64,000 nucleotides of DNA from Prorocentrum cordatum. Taxonomy: Eukaryota. The position numbers and the translations under genes are program-made. Positions 42,791 to 55,810 of this stretch are shown here, in pieces; positions within the stretch are counted from its first letter, which is position 1; every line of letters begins with the position of its first letter. The DNA lies in the NCBI GenBank assembly GCA_963575745.1, contig CAUYUJ010000100.1, positions 1 to 64,000 of the forward strand. The letters run 5' to 3'. The notes beneath the pieces were generated by a model. It saw only the letters and a list, made by a program, of their open reading frames with translations. It was not told the DNA's origin and ran no database searches.

Positions 42791-43555
42791 TACTCTGGCA
42801 TCCCGCTTGAATGTCCCACCCGCCCGACCCGCCCGTCAGGGGATTGCCCGCCCGTCGTGGGTTTCCGCTCGAGACTTCCCAAGAACGGCGTTTTCGCCTA
42901 GGACTTCCTCGGACGTTCACGTTTCCTGCTCCTCCTCCCTTTCCCTCCTCCCTCCTCCCTCCTCTCCTCCCTTCTCTCTCCCTCCTCTCTTCTGTCGTCC
43001 TTATGCCTCTCTGCCCTATCCCCTCTCCCTCCTCTCCCTCCTCCCTTCTCCCTCCCCTCTCCTGCTTCCTCCCCCCTCCCTCTTTTTTTTTTTTCCTCTC
43101 TCTCTCTCTCTCCCCTCTCTCTCTCTCTTTCTCTACCTCTTTTTTTGTTTCTGTTTCTCTCTCTCTCTCTCTGCCTCAACCGCCCCCCTCTTCGCTCCTT
43201 TATCTCCTGGCGTGTTCCCTCTTCCTTCGTCCCTTCCCCTCCTTTTCTTCCACTCACCCTCGTTCTCCCCCTCCTCTTTTTGCATGGCCCACACCAATTC
43301 CAATGGCTGGCACATGCACGCCCACGAAGGATTGTCCGCCCGTTCAGGTTTGCCCGCCTGTCTAATGCCGCCGCCCCCCGCAAAGAGAAATAATCCCCCA
43401 AAAGGGGTGTGATCGAAAACAAAATGGGCGGGTATCGAGGGTGTGGGGAACTCGTTTTGAATGACACGCGGGCTATCAAGACCGAGCAGTATTATACTGA
43501 TTGCTGTTGTTGTTGCTGCTGTTGTTGCTGTTTATATATGTGTGTATATATATAC

Positions 43556-45545
43556 ATGGCATGGAAGCGCATTCCCTCGGCAGCGCAGGTGCTGCTGGAT
43601 GTCACCATTGACGTTCTGAAGGGCGACCCTGTCCCGCTGGACTTCAACGACTCGCTGATCATCTCCAACCCGAAAGGATCGGAACCTGATGATGGACATG
43701 CTGCTGCTAGCCTGGCCACAGCAACGTGGCCGTTATCATTGAAGAGCACTGAGTGCAAGGTCGTGGCCTCGATGGGCAACTATCTGTTGAAACTACTCGT
43801 TGCTCAGGGCGCCCATGGTGCACAGAAGCGGTTCCTCCCGAAACGTCGTTCCATCGAGCATGTGGTGGCCATGGACGCGCAGTCCCGTATCGGGGCCATG
43901 CAGGACGAGGTGCGGTCCAAGGGCCCGCTGCTGGTGCTGTTCGTCTTTGGCGACGCGTTCCGTTCGATGTGCAGAGCGTGGTTGAACATGGCCCTCGAAA
44001 TTGCAGGCTTCCCCGGGCGCGTACGCAACATGGTCGACGCGATATACTCCCCCCCCCGTGGCGTACACCAACCTGGGCGGTGCCCTTGAGGTCTTTTGCA
44101 CCCTCGCCTCTGGCATACTGCAGGGCTGCCCATGGTCTGGTACGCTTTGGGCTGTTGGAATGGACCCGCTGGTCATAGACATGTGTTCGAGAACGGCTCA
44201 CTTTAAAGGCGCGGTGATCGGCGTTTGTGCAGGTGATGTGGGCTGCGTGGTTTCGTCCCTGAAAATGCTCCGCCCGCTGAGCCACGTCTTCTAAGCAGCC
44301 GAGGTTCTGGCGCGCCTGGTGCTGAAGACGGTGACGGCAATATCATCCCTCTGGCGAAGGCGTGCTCCCCGACGGTGGGGAGCAGGATCCGAGATAAGAT
44401 CGTCGACCTGGTCCCTCGCTGGCAGGGCATGTCTTTCGCCGACATAGCGGAGTACCTCGGGGTGCTTCTGGGTCCTGGTGTGGACGACCTGTTGCGCTGG
44501 CAGAAGCTCATCGTGGGCTGGCAGCGCACAACCAACCCGATCGCGGACGTCGGGGCGCCCACAAACACCTCCCTGATGCTGTACAGCCAGCGTGCCGTCA
44601 GCAAGATCCCCTACCTGAGCCAATTTTTCTGGCCGCCCAAGATGACGCGGAAAGAACCGTGGGCATTACCCCGAATCGGGCAACTACCCTGGCAAGCGCT
44701 CCTTCGTGATGATGTTCTGGCGCTGGGTCGCTGGTCGCTTATGAAGACGGTGTTGCTCGAGTTGAACCACCGTGCGGTCCTGATGCCCAGTGCCCTCGTC
44801 TCCATCCTGAACTGGTCGTTCTGGGCACGTCGGTTGCTTGAGGTGCGGAGAAAGCGCTCTCTCTGTTCGAGTTCTCGCACGGTGTGTACACGCCGCCCCA
44901 CTGGAAGTCCAAGCCAATTGCCACACGCTCGAATCGGCTGCCACGGTCTTCGCGAGTGACAGGAACGTGAAGCTGACCACCGCTGGTGGCTCTGCTCTGA
45001 GTGAATGGCTCGCGGAAAAGACACGCCTCTTCGTCGCTCGCTCGAAGGCTCGCCTGCGCATGCAGAACTTTGTCCACTCTCGCCTCGTCGCCTTTTTCTG
45101 CCGGATCGCCTCTCGTTTCAACTCGTGGGCGGTACCGCCTGAAAAGTTCATTTTGCGCCAGATCGAATGGGAGCCGCTCGAAGAGCTTCTCTCGACTACT
45201 GTTCCCCTGGTACTTACTCCGCCCTCCTCAAGACTTGGGCGGGTGGGTGGACGACGAGCAGCCGCCTGCACGCCAGCGCGAAGAGTGCTGACGGACCCTG
45301 TATTTTCGGCTGCTGCCGCTCAGAGGACCCTGGCGCCCTCGATGCCATGCTTAATTCTTATGTTCATTGTTCCCATCTCTGGCACGCCGTTTGCAGCGTG
45401 TGGTTCATCCGCGTCCCTGCCCCTGAATCGTTGCCTGTTCGTTTCGGTCTTTGCGGCGAAAGCGCAGACGTGCACGCACAGCGCTGAGCACATGGGCGCA
45501 CCATCCGTGCTTTTAACACGTAAAACATTCAATCGAAACTGAGCC
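43556..45545 (+). pseudogene. 5'-truncated, frameshifted LINE ORF2 (reverse transcriptase)
   Basis: NPKG...WPLSLKSTECKVV, QKRFLPKR, FGDAFRSM (KAF-like), SGILQGCPWSGTLW, CAGDVG (ADD-like), EYLGVLLG and a C-terminal CIFGC...HC motif, with frameshifts near 44055 and 44320 and an in-frame TAA at 44292. Confidence 0.88.
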
Positions 45546-45674
45546 CATCCAAATGTTTTCAGCCCGTTGCAGTTGCGAAGAGCGCCCTAAGAGCGAGGGC
45601 GATGCTCCTTGCAACTTGTAAGCCTTCTGCACAGTAAGTCGTTGGACGCTGTGCTCTGCGGAACTGCGAGGGAC

Positions 45675-45739
45675 ATGTACATGTACATGCATGCGTGTTT
45701 ATGTATATGTATAGGTATATGTATACGTATATGTATATG

Positions 45740-45771
<32 letters not shown>

Positions 45772-45925
45772 TGTATGCATGCATGCATGCATGTATGCAT
45801 GTATCTACGTATGTATGTATGTCTGTATGTATGTATGTATGTATGTATGTATGTATGTATGTATGTAGGTATATATATATACATATACTTATATATACAC
45901 GTGTGTATATATACACACATACATT
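45675..45925. repeat. (TATG)n/(TA)n microsatellite
   Basis: Read directly from the sequence. Confidence 0.95.
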
Positions 45926-46873
45926 TATGGGGAATCGTAAAAACAGTGGGATAACAATCGAAACACAAACAATACAGGACCCTGGCCCTGGACCCGCCTC
46001 CGCCAGGACCCGTCTCTCGCGGTCCGCAGCGGATGAGGAGGGGCCGCCGCCTGCCCCCCCTTGCTGTGAGGCTGGGACGACCATGGCCGCCGCGGCCTGC
46101 GCGGCGGCCGCGGCCGCCGAGGCCCTCCGGCGGGCGGCCAGCTGCTGCGCGGGCTGCGTCTGCCGGGTATCGAAGAGGAGAAAACGCCATAAACATTTGT
46201 TTTGGGCGTTCCGCGTCGATTTGTGATTTGATTTGTTCATTGTTTCGCCGATCGGCGCGGGCCCTCGCACGCCCTTTTTCCCTCCCCCATGGAGTAGATC
46301 TTGGCTGTTTTTGGCGCCTGTTTCGAGCAGGTGGATCGCCCCCCTAGAACACGCTGTTGCACACAGTCGCATTAAGCATAGGTCGGGAGCCAGACCCCCC
46401 CCCGCCCCCACCCTTTCCGCCCAATGTCGAAACGCCAAATAAGAAAACGCTTTCGGCGCTTCTGGCGCCGCCCCTGGCGCGCCCAGCGCGCCTCGGAGGG
46501 GGTCCCAGAAATCCGTGCGGAGCTCCAAAAGTTTAGGTTTAAGCCGTTTTCTCTTCCTCTAGGGTGGACGTCGGCAGAAGGACACGTCAAGCAGTGTTTC
46601 TGTGGAGAGGTCTCATGTGGTGGCGGCCTTACAATGTTGTTTGTTGTAAGGGGGAGGAGGCGGAGGAGGAGAGGACCAGGGTTATAACACATCCCCACCC
46701 AGCCCCCAGAGAGGACCGTAAGAGGTATCCACGAGGTGCGATTGTGGTCCCTCGACGGGCTGGCGGTGGCACCCTGGAGAGTGCATGTGCTGGGCCAAAA
46801 CGCGAGTGTTGCCCACCTCCCGCTCCCCCCCTGTAACCGGCGTCGCCCCAACATCGATGCCATGTGTGCGCCG

Positions 46874-47028
46874 CCTACCAAGCCACCCCAACCCAACCCG
46901 AAGGCCCCGATTTGCCCTCCATTTCCAGTGGAAGGGGTGTCGGGGAACATTGAAAAACACGTGTGAAATCCTTGCCCCTCTTAGCCCGAAATTCGGATCT
47001 TCGGGTTAGGTTGGGGTGGTCTGGTAGG
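46874..47028. mobile_element. MITE-like element, family C, copy 2
   Basis: cctaccaagccaccccaacccaacccgaag ... cttcgggttaggttggggtggtctggtagg. Confidence 0.8.
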
Positions 47029-47763
47029 TAGTCAATGTGTTCGCCGCCCCCTCCCGCGGCGACGCGCGCGCGGCTGGAAAATCTCACAGTATCAGCTCCG
47101 TTGCGGGCGCATCTTGGCCATACCTGCCGCTCAAGAAACGACCTGCTACAATATTATTGTACCAATTATATGTCCGAGCGAGTGCCTCTGGGCACCGCCC
47201 CCCCCCGCACCTGCGCAGCGCGTGCCCCCGGCGATCTCCGCAGCTCGCGCGCGCGAGGAGCCCAGACCTCTCTCGGCAGAGTGCGGCCTCGCAGTGCAGG
47301 TTGGGAGCACTGCTTCGCGACGCCGATCACAACTCGGTGCTCGCAGGCACACCTGGTGCTCACAGGCACGAGTCGGTGCTCGCGGTCCTCGAAGAAAAAG
47401 CAGCGCCATAAACATACATTCATGGCGCTCGGTTCGGAACGCCAGAAGTTTATGTTTATGGTGTTTTTTCTTCTACTCCTGTGGTGCCCGCAGGCTTGGT
47501 GCTGGTGCTCGGGCGCTCGCAGGCACTCCGGGCGATCACATGCGTCTCAGGCCGGTGTTCGCAGACACCTTTCAGACATGAGCAGGAAGAGCTGGAGGAG
47601 TACGGTACGTAAGCTAGGCGAGGTAGTCGATTGCGTTTCCAGTGCCGGTTTGTGCTCAGGGGTGCCAGACACGGAGGCGAGAGGAGGAGGAAAAAGAAGG
47701 AGGAGGAGGAGGAGGAAGAGGAGAACGGGATTGATGAGGAGCACAAAAGGAGGAAGAGGATGA

Positions 47764-47859
47764 AATCGTCTTCGTCGTCGTCGTCGACGTCGTGTCGTCA
47801 TCCAGTCGTTGTCGTCGTCATCGTCGTCGCCGCCGTCGCCGTCTTCGTCGTCAAGTCGT

Positions 47860-47911
<52 letters not shown>

Positions 47912-48021
47912 AGTAGTCGTTGTCGTTGTTGTCGTTGCGGTGGTCGTCGCCGTCGTCGTCGTCGTCGCCGTCGTCGTCGGCGTCGTCGTCGCCGTGCGCG
48001 TCGTCGTCGTCATCGTCGTCG

Positions 48022-48059
<38 letters not shown>

Positions 48060-48149
48060 GCATAGTCGTCGCCCAGTCGTCGTCTTCTTCGTCGTCGGCG
48101 TCGTTGTCGTCGTCGTTGTCGTGTTGTCTTTGTCGTCTTCGAGTCGCCG

Positions 48150-48190
<41 letters not shown>

Positions 48191-48620
48191 TGCGTCGTCG
48201 TCGTTGTCGTCGTCCAGTCGTGCAGTCGTCGTCGTCGTCGTCGTCGTCGTCTTTTGTCGTCGTCGTCGTCGCCATCGTCGTCGTCGTCCAGTCGTGCAGT
48301 CCTCATCGTCTGCGTTGTCAGCGTTTCCTGGATCGTCGGTTTCGTGCAATCGTCCAGTCGTGCAGTCATCGTCGTGGTCGTTGTCTTCGTCGTCGTCGTC
48401 GTCGTCGTCGGCGTGGTCGTGGTCGTGATCGTGGTCGTCGACGTCGTCGTCGTGGTCGTCGGCGTCGTCGTTGTCATGGTCGTTGTCGTGGTCGTGGTCG
48501 TGGTCGTGGTCGTCGTCGTCGTCGTTGTCGTCGTCGTGTTTTTTTCGTTGTCCAGGCGTCGTCGTGGTCTTCGTCGTCGTCGTCGTCGTCGTTGTCGTTT
48601 TCGTTGTCGTTGTCGGTTCC
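47764..48620. repeat. (GTC)n microsatellite with interspersed ccagtcgtgcag words
   Basis: Read directly from the sequence. Confidence 0.95.
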
Positions 48621-48639
48621 GTTGTCTTCTCATTATTGA

Positions 48640-49799
48640 AGAGTTATTGTTGTTGATCCCTCCCCTCCTGTAACGTATGTGTCTTTTCAATTGAAGTGCC
48701 CCTCACTGGGCTCGCACCCTGTTTTCTATTATGGAAAATCTTCCTCCTCAAACTGTGCCCCTGGCCGCCGGTTTACAACAACAGCGGTTCCCGCCTGATA
48801 TTTCTTCGCAATTTACTGAAGAATCGCGCTCTCGCTCGGGACTCCCTTGCAATTTATCAAAGAATCGCGCTCTCGCTTGTGACTTCCTTGCAATTTATTC
48901 AGGCGCCACGCCCTCGCCATTCAGGAATCGCGCTCTCGCCTGGGACATCCTCATAATTGTCTTAGGAATCGCGCTCTCGCCCGAGACTTCCTGGCGAATT
49001 ATGCAGGACTCACGCATTCGCGTGACATACGTGTTTTTTTGCTGTAGTGCCCCTCAAGGGGGCTCGCTCTGTTTTTACCAGGGGGGCCCGGGGGAGTCTT
49101 TCTGCTCAAACTGTGCCCCTAGCCCCCGGTGTATAACAACAGCAACGGCTCCCGCTTCATATTTCTTTGCAATTTATGAAAGACTCGCGCTCTCGCTGGG
49201 GACTTGCAATTCATCCGAGAATCGTGCTCTCGCCTGATACGGCCTCGCAATGTATTCAGACGTCGCGCTTTCGACAATCAGGAATCGCGCTGTCGCTTGG
49301 GACTTCCTCGCAATTGATTCAGGCGCCGCGTCCTCAACACTCAGGAATCACGCTTTATTTTGGAAGCGCGCTGTCGCTCGAGACTTCCCCGCGATTCATG
49401 CAGGACGCACGCTTCAGCAACCCGCCTGCTCGACCTGGGTGCCTGGGCTCGTTTGTTAGGGTCTACCCGCTCGATCTGCCCATCTGGTTCTGCCACGTGT
49501 TTTCTGCTCCCTGCCCCCCTCCTGCTATACTCTCGTGCTCCATCCTCCTGTATCCCCCTTGTCCCTTCCTTCCATCCATCCTCTTTTTTCCTGCCCTAGG
49601 TGCTGTGCGGAACAACACGTTGAAGGTAAGACATATTACCCCCAAGAGGATACGATCGAAGATGAAGAGGGTGGGTATCGAGTGTTTGGGATATGCGTGT
49701 TGAATGGCACGCGAGCAGACAAGGGCGAACCGTCTTAACATGAATGTTGTTGCTGTTGTTGCTGCTGCTGCTACTGTTGTTGTTGTTGTTGTTGTTGTT

Positions 49800-49885
<86 letters not shown>

Positions 49886-50801
49886 GGTTGTTGTTGTTGT
49901 TGTTTCTGCTGTTGCTGTTGCTGTTGCTGCCGCTGTTGTTGAGTTCACATTTTTGAAAACACAATTTTTGTTGAACTCCCCTGCCTCCGGTAACCATTGT
50001 TTTTCTTCGATCGAAGTGCTTCTACTGGGTCTCGCACCCTGTTTTTTACAAGGGAAGGTGAGGTGCCACCAAACTGTGCCCCTGGCCCCTCTTTACAGCA
50101 ACAACGGCTCTCGGCTGATACTTCCTCGCGAATTATTCCACAAACGCGCTCTCGCGCGGGACTCCCACAATTTCTAGAGGCATCGCGCTCTTGCGTGGGA
50201 TTTCCTAGGAATTTATTCAGAAGCCGCGCTCTCGACACTCAGGAACCACGCTCTCGCTTTGGCTTTTCTCGCAGTTTATTTGGGAATCGCGCTATCGCTC
50301 GAGACCTCCTCGCGATTCAGGCATGACTCACGCTTTAGCAACCCGCCTGCTCGACCTCGCCGTCTGGGCCTGCCTTCCGGACACACCCGCTAGGGTCTAC
50401 CCGCCCGGTCTGCCCGTTTGGTTCTGCTACGTGTTTTCTGCTCCTAACCCCCCTCCTGCTACTCTCTCTCGTGCCCCATCCTCCTCCCTCCCCCTTGTCC
50501 CTTCCTTCCATCCGTCCTCTCTTCCCCTGCCTTCTGGGCTGCGCGACACACACGTAGCAGGTAAGAAAGATGTACTCCTAAGGGAGTACGATCGAAGACG
50601 AAGAGGGCGAGTATCGAGGGTTTGGGATATACGTGTTGAATGGCACGCGAGCAGATGAGAGCGATCAGCCTTAAAATGATTGTTGTTATTGTTGTTGTTG
50701 CTGTTGTTGTTGACGAATGTCCTTGTTGCTGTTGTTGTTGCTGTTCTAGTAGTTGTCGTTCTTGTTGTTGTTGTCGTCGTTGTTGCTGATGTTATTGTTG
50801 C

Positions 50802-50834
<33 letters not shown>

Positions 50835-51650
50835 TGCTGCTGCTGTTGCTGTTGTTGTTGTGGTTGAATTTCCATTTCCAGAAGAATGATCATTGCTTGT
50901 CCTCCCTCTGGTAACCATCGCATTTTGCAATTGAAGTGCTCCTCCCAGGGCTCGCATCCTGTTCGTTGCAAGGGAAAGCTGGGTGTCACAAAATGTTGGG
51001 CCTCTTGTCCCCGGTTTAAACAACAGCGGCTCCCGCTTGACACTTCCTCACAATTTATATCATAATCTCGCTCTCTCTCGGGACTTTCACAATGTATGCA
51101 GGAGTCGCGCTCTCGCGTAGAACTTCCTTGCAATTTATATAGAAGCCGAGCCCTCGACACTTAGGAATCGCGCTCTCGCTTTGGCTGTTCTCACGGTTTA
51201 TTTGGGAATCGCGTTATCGCTAGAGACCTCTTCTCGATTCATGCAGGACTCACGCTTCAGCAACCCGCTTGCTCGACCTGGCCGCCTGGGCTCGCCTTCC
51301 ATTCTTCCCCCTCCCCCTTATATCCGTCCTCTCCTCCCCTGTTTTAGATCACGTGGCAGGTAAGGAACATATACCCCCAAGGGGGTACGAGCGAAGACGA
51401 AGAGGGTGGGTATTAGGGCTTGGGATACACATATGTAATGAATGGCGCGCGAGCAGTTAGGAGCAAACAGTCTTAAAATGATTGTTGTTGTCGTCGTCGT
51501 CGTCGTCATCGTCATCGTCTGCGTTGTCAGCGTTTCATGCGGCGTCGGTTTCGTGAAGTCGTCCAGTCGTGCAGTCGTCGTCGTCGTCGTCGTTGTCGTC
51601 GTGGTGGTCGTCGCCGTCGTCGTCGTGGTTGTCGTCTTCGTCGTCGTCTG
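48640..51650 (+). repeat. Three tandem ~0.75-1.3-kb composite repeat units, each ending in (GTT/GTC)n
   Basis: Units start near 48640, 49970 and 50895; each carries aatcgcgctctcgc subrepeats, caacccgcctgctcgacct and gaagacgaagaggg...gaatggc.cgcgagcag. Confidence 0.85.
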
Positions 51651-53445
51651 GAGACTGTTTTTTGGTTATCGGGCTTGCCCCCTGCCCCCCCAAGGATAAT
51701 CTAACCTTGTCGGTTGTGCAGGTCTGGGGTGGGGGGGCGCGGGCATGCGGGCATATGCAGAGCTGCCCACAGCGCGAAGGTCAGGTTATCGGCGGGACCC
51801 TCCCCCCCGGGATAACCTGGGTTATCGCCGATTCCCCAAAAACGGTCTCCTGCGTCGTCGTCATCGTCGTCTTCGTCGCTGAGCATGAGTAACGGTGAGA
51901 AGGCCGCTATTAGGCCGCTATTGCCAGTGATATGCGGCTATGCGTGATTATGTGTGGCCGTAAAGCACTTGCTGACAGCGCAATGTCGGTGTTGTTGTTT
52001 TCTCTTGGCTGTTATTCAGTGGCGTGCCTTCTTGTTTGGAAGCTGCATGCGTCACTTGGCAGTGCAATCAGCTTGGCGCTGATATTCTGATTTCTGCGGT
52101 ATGCATCTTTTGGATCATCGTCGGTTGAGGCCTTCTATCCCTGGAGATTATCTTGTTGCCTGCGGCAAGTCCTGCCATCGTGCCAGCCGTGCATTCTGGG
52201 TGGCGAATGATCGAGGGGTACGGGAGGCCGTCACGCGTGACAAGTCGTGCCCCCAGACGGAAAAGCAGGAGGATGAGGAGGACAGGACGGGACACCTCTC
52301 GTCTTCACTTCTCGAGGAGCTCTCATGGAGTTCCCTTGGGCAGCCTTGGGCTCCTGCGGGACAGTCGCCCCCTTTGGGCCGTCTTCGGGCCCCCGTGGGG
52401 CCCTCCCATAGCCGTCTTTGGGCTCTCTTGGGCTGCCCTGGGGCCGCAGTAGGTGGGGTGTCTTGGGGCCGTCGTGGGGCTGTCTCGACGCCGTCCTGGG
52501 CCGTCGATGGGCTCTCTGTGGCTGCTGGGATCTCTCCGAAGGCCCCCCTCGGACCATCTTGTGGCTGTCTTGGAGGCCTCTTGGGCCATGATGGGGTCCT
52601 CTTTGGGCCCTCCTGGGGCTCTCTTGGGTGCCTCTTGGTCCGTCTTCCGGCCGTCTTGAGCCCACGGAAGCCTGGAAATTGAGAAAACTCATAATTCCAT
52701 CAAATACTTCGAGAATCAATGATCTTGGCTTCCTCAGATCCTGTTGGGGGTCCTCTTTGGTGGCCCTGTGGCGGGCTCTTGGAGGCATCTCGGTCCATCT
52801 TGGCGGCCCCAGTGGTCTGCCTGGGCCGTCTTGGAAGCTCGGACGAGCGGATCCACCGTTTTTTCCCGTGATCGTGGCCTCGGGAGCGCGGATCAATGAT
52901 GGAGGGCGGGCGATGCATGCGCCTGGACGCGGCGAGAGGCGGGGGTGTCCCGCAGAGAAGACGTCAGAGACCCGACCAGGCAGCCCTCGGCATCCTGCCG
53001 CGCCTCGAACGTGCCAGGGGGCACGATGGCGGGTATTCCGCCGATTCCCCTCCCTTCCTGCTCCCCCCACTGGGCTATACGCTGTTTTGGCCATCTCGTG
53101 GGCCGTTTTGTTTTGGATTCAAGGCGAAGCGAAGGCAAAACGAGGAAGAACGCAAAACAAGACGAAAACGAAAAACACCGCTTAGGTTCAGCCCTGCCCC
53201 CCCACTGTCTTCTTTCCTTCCTTCCCGGGGTGCACCTGGTGGGTGGGACCCTCAGACTCCTCAGTCGCCACTCCCGCCCGCCGGGGGGAGCAGTCTTTTT
53301 TTGCCGCCGAGGCGGCGAGGCGGATTCCGTCTGTGCACCTTTGACCCTTCCTCCGTCCCCTCTTCCCTCCCATCCCCCCCCCATGCCCCCTCTCCCCTGT
53401 TCAGTTGCCCCTGCGCTCCCGCTTCCCTCTCCCCTCCCCATCCCT

Positions 53446-53467
53446 TCCGTGGCCACTTTGGCTCCAG
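53446..53467 (+). other. Relict dinoflagellate spliced leader (DinoSL)
   Basis: tccgtggccactttggctccag matches DCCGTAGCCATTTTGGCTCAAG at 19/22, ends 24 nt before a gccATGg start and follows a pyrimidine tract. Confidence 0.8.
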
Positions 53468-53491
53468 GGGTCCAGTCAGGGTGCCTCTGCC

Positions 53492-53884
53492 ATGGGCAAT
53501 GCCATCTTCCAGTCGTCAAAGATCGTTGATGCCGGCACCACGGTGACTCTCAACATTTACGACCTGAGCGAGTCCGCCGCGTGCGTCAACCAGTTTCTGC
53601 GGCCTCTCGGGTCCGGGCTCTTCCACTGCGGGGTGGAGCTGTTCTCTTGGGAGTGGGGGTTCTGTGACACGCCAGAGCCGCAGACCGGCAGCGGGATATT
53701 TCGTTGCGTGCCCAGAGTCTGCGAGGGCTTCGTTTTCCGGGAGTCTGCAAGCCAGGGGAGGACTCGGCTGAGCTACAGCGTCTTTCGGCGAATCATCGAG
53801 CGCATGGAGCGCGAGTGGCCGAGCGATAGTTATCGAAGACGCCTACGGCGAGTCACTGCCATGGCCACCCCCAGCAGTTGCTGA
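53492..53884 (+). CDS. PPPDE/DeSI-family (deSUMOylating isopeptidase-like) peptidase, N-terminal part; catalytic NC motif not in this frame
   Basis: VTLNIYDL...N..LRPLGSGLFHCGVE....EW.F...GIF...P......FRES...G.T......II..M..EW....Y is the PPPDE signature; similarity ends near 53833. Confidence 0.85.
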   Translation: MGNAIFQSSKIVDAGTTVTLNIYDLSESAACVNQFLRPLGSGLFHCGVELFSWEWGFCDTPEPQTGSGIFRCVPRVCEGFVFRESASQGRTRLSYSVFRRIIERMEREWPSDSYRRRLRRVTAMATPSSC

Positions 53885-53929
53885 CACGCCTCTTACTGCT
53901 AGACATGTCGGGAGTGAGTAGAAGGAGGC

Positions 53930-54277
53930 TCGCGTCGTGTCGACTTGCGGCGACCCCCCGCCGGCTTTCACGGTTGAACGCCGCGGGCGACCCAGAATCG
54001 ACCAATATGGAACGATCGGCCGATCGAAACATCGCCGATTGTTCAAGGTTGAACGATCCACGGGGTGTCAGAAACCAACGCCAGGGTCGCCACGACACGA
54101 ACCTGCCGTAGGCGCTTGCGTGAGATCATTCAGAATTTCGTACAACGAAGTAGCGATTCTTCAAGGTTGAACGATCCACGGGGTGTCAGAAACCAACGCC
54201 AGGGTCGCCACGACCCGAACCTGCCGCAGGCGCTTGCGTGGGATCATTCAGAATTTCGTACAGCGAAGCAGTACGAT
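53930..54277 (+). repeat. ~118-bp tandem duplication inside a repeat with another copy at ~54955-55130
   Basis: ttcaaggttgaacgatccacggggtgtcagaaaccaacgccagggtcgccacgac occurs twice, with a variant at ~55067. Confidence 0.85.
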
Positions 54278-55810
54278 AGCATTCAGCAGCCACGCCCAGC
54301 GACGACCGGGGGGAACGCAGGGGCAGAGGGCCGATGGTCGACAGCAACGGAGTGTTTGACCATTGTTCTGCGTGAGCCTCTGGAGGGGCTCTGTGGAGCC
54401 GTGTTGCAACTGTTGTAGAACTCTTTTTGGGCCTCTCTGTGCTTTCTTGGGGCCTCCTCGTGCCCTCCTGAGCCATCTCGGGGTCTTCTCGGGAGTTCTT
54501 TGGTCGCATTTGGGCCATCCTTCGTCTTCGGAGGGTTCCTGGGGTGCAGCGGATTTCTCGATCTGCCTTTCCTGGTTGTGTTGGGCCTTCGCATGCCGTA
54601 TTGGGCCTCTCTGGGCCGTATTGGGGTCCTTTTTTTGTTCTTAGGGCCCTTGGGGTTGTCTTGGGGCCTCTTGGGCACTCTAGGGATCGAAAAGGCAATG
54701 ACTTGATTTCATTTGGAAGACATCTGTTTCCCCCTGTCAGCCCTCCGTTGTTTGGGTGCTCGAGTCAAACCTCCCACCTCTGTTCTGTCCCCTGACTTCT
54801 CCGCCCTGTCTCCAGCCTGCCCTCTACCTCATGCTTGCCTCCTGTCTCCTACCTGCTTTCTGCATCGCCGCCCTCGGGGCCGCCGGCGGAGCAGCCGTCA
54901 CCACGTTCGTGAGGTTCCGGAAGGTCTGGCGGAGTACCGTCTTACGGAGGGTTCGTGTCGTGTCGAACAGCGGCGACCCCGCGAGCGGCGTTCAACTCTG
55001 AGCGCCGCGGGCAACCCGGAATCGTTCGAGATGAAACGATTTGGAGGTTTCGGAGACGGCCGATCGTTCAAGGTCGAACGATCCCCGCGGTGTCAGGAAC
55101 CGACGCCGGAGTCGGCACGGCACGAACCTGACGTATCCATGTCCAGATCATTGCCTTCGTCTTCTTGGGGGCCGCCGACGGCGCAGCTGCCACCACTTCC
55201 GTGAGCTTCTGGCAGGTCCAGCGGAGTAACGTCTCATCCGCATCCAGATCATTGCCCTCGTCGCCCTGGGGGCTGCTGGCTTCGCGGCCGCGGGCCCTTG
55301 AACGTGGTAATTCTTGGAGAGCCAGCGCAGTGCCGTCTCGCACGGGCCAGCATCCTCGACGCCCCGCGCATCCCCGCCGGCCTCTCCAGAAGAGGTGCCA
55401 GGACGAGCTGCCTTGACCGGGGAAGCGCAGCAGCACGCACTGGAGCAGAGAGGGAGGCAGCCGGCAAGCGGAAGGCCGGGCTGAGATCCCCGACGTTGTG
55501 ATTGCTTTCACCGCGTCGACCCCAGGAGGCCTGGACCCTTTGCCGGGGGCCAGTGTTTCATCCAGAGTCGTTTTTTGACGGCCCCGAGGCCCGGTGAGTG
55601 CCCCCAGAGGCCGAATATAACGAACAACCTCCCGTCGGGTTTTTTTCACAACGCGAGGAGGTCTGGGGGGACAGCCTGAGGAGACCCTGGCGTCAATCAT
55701 AGATGCCCTCGCGGACCGTTCACCTATGGGAACCTCTTGGGAAGCCTGCCGAGGTAGGCTCGGGGCCCTCCGGAAGCCATTCTGGAGATTTTTGGGGCTT
55801 TCCCGGGAGC

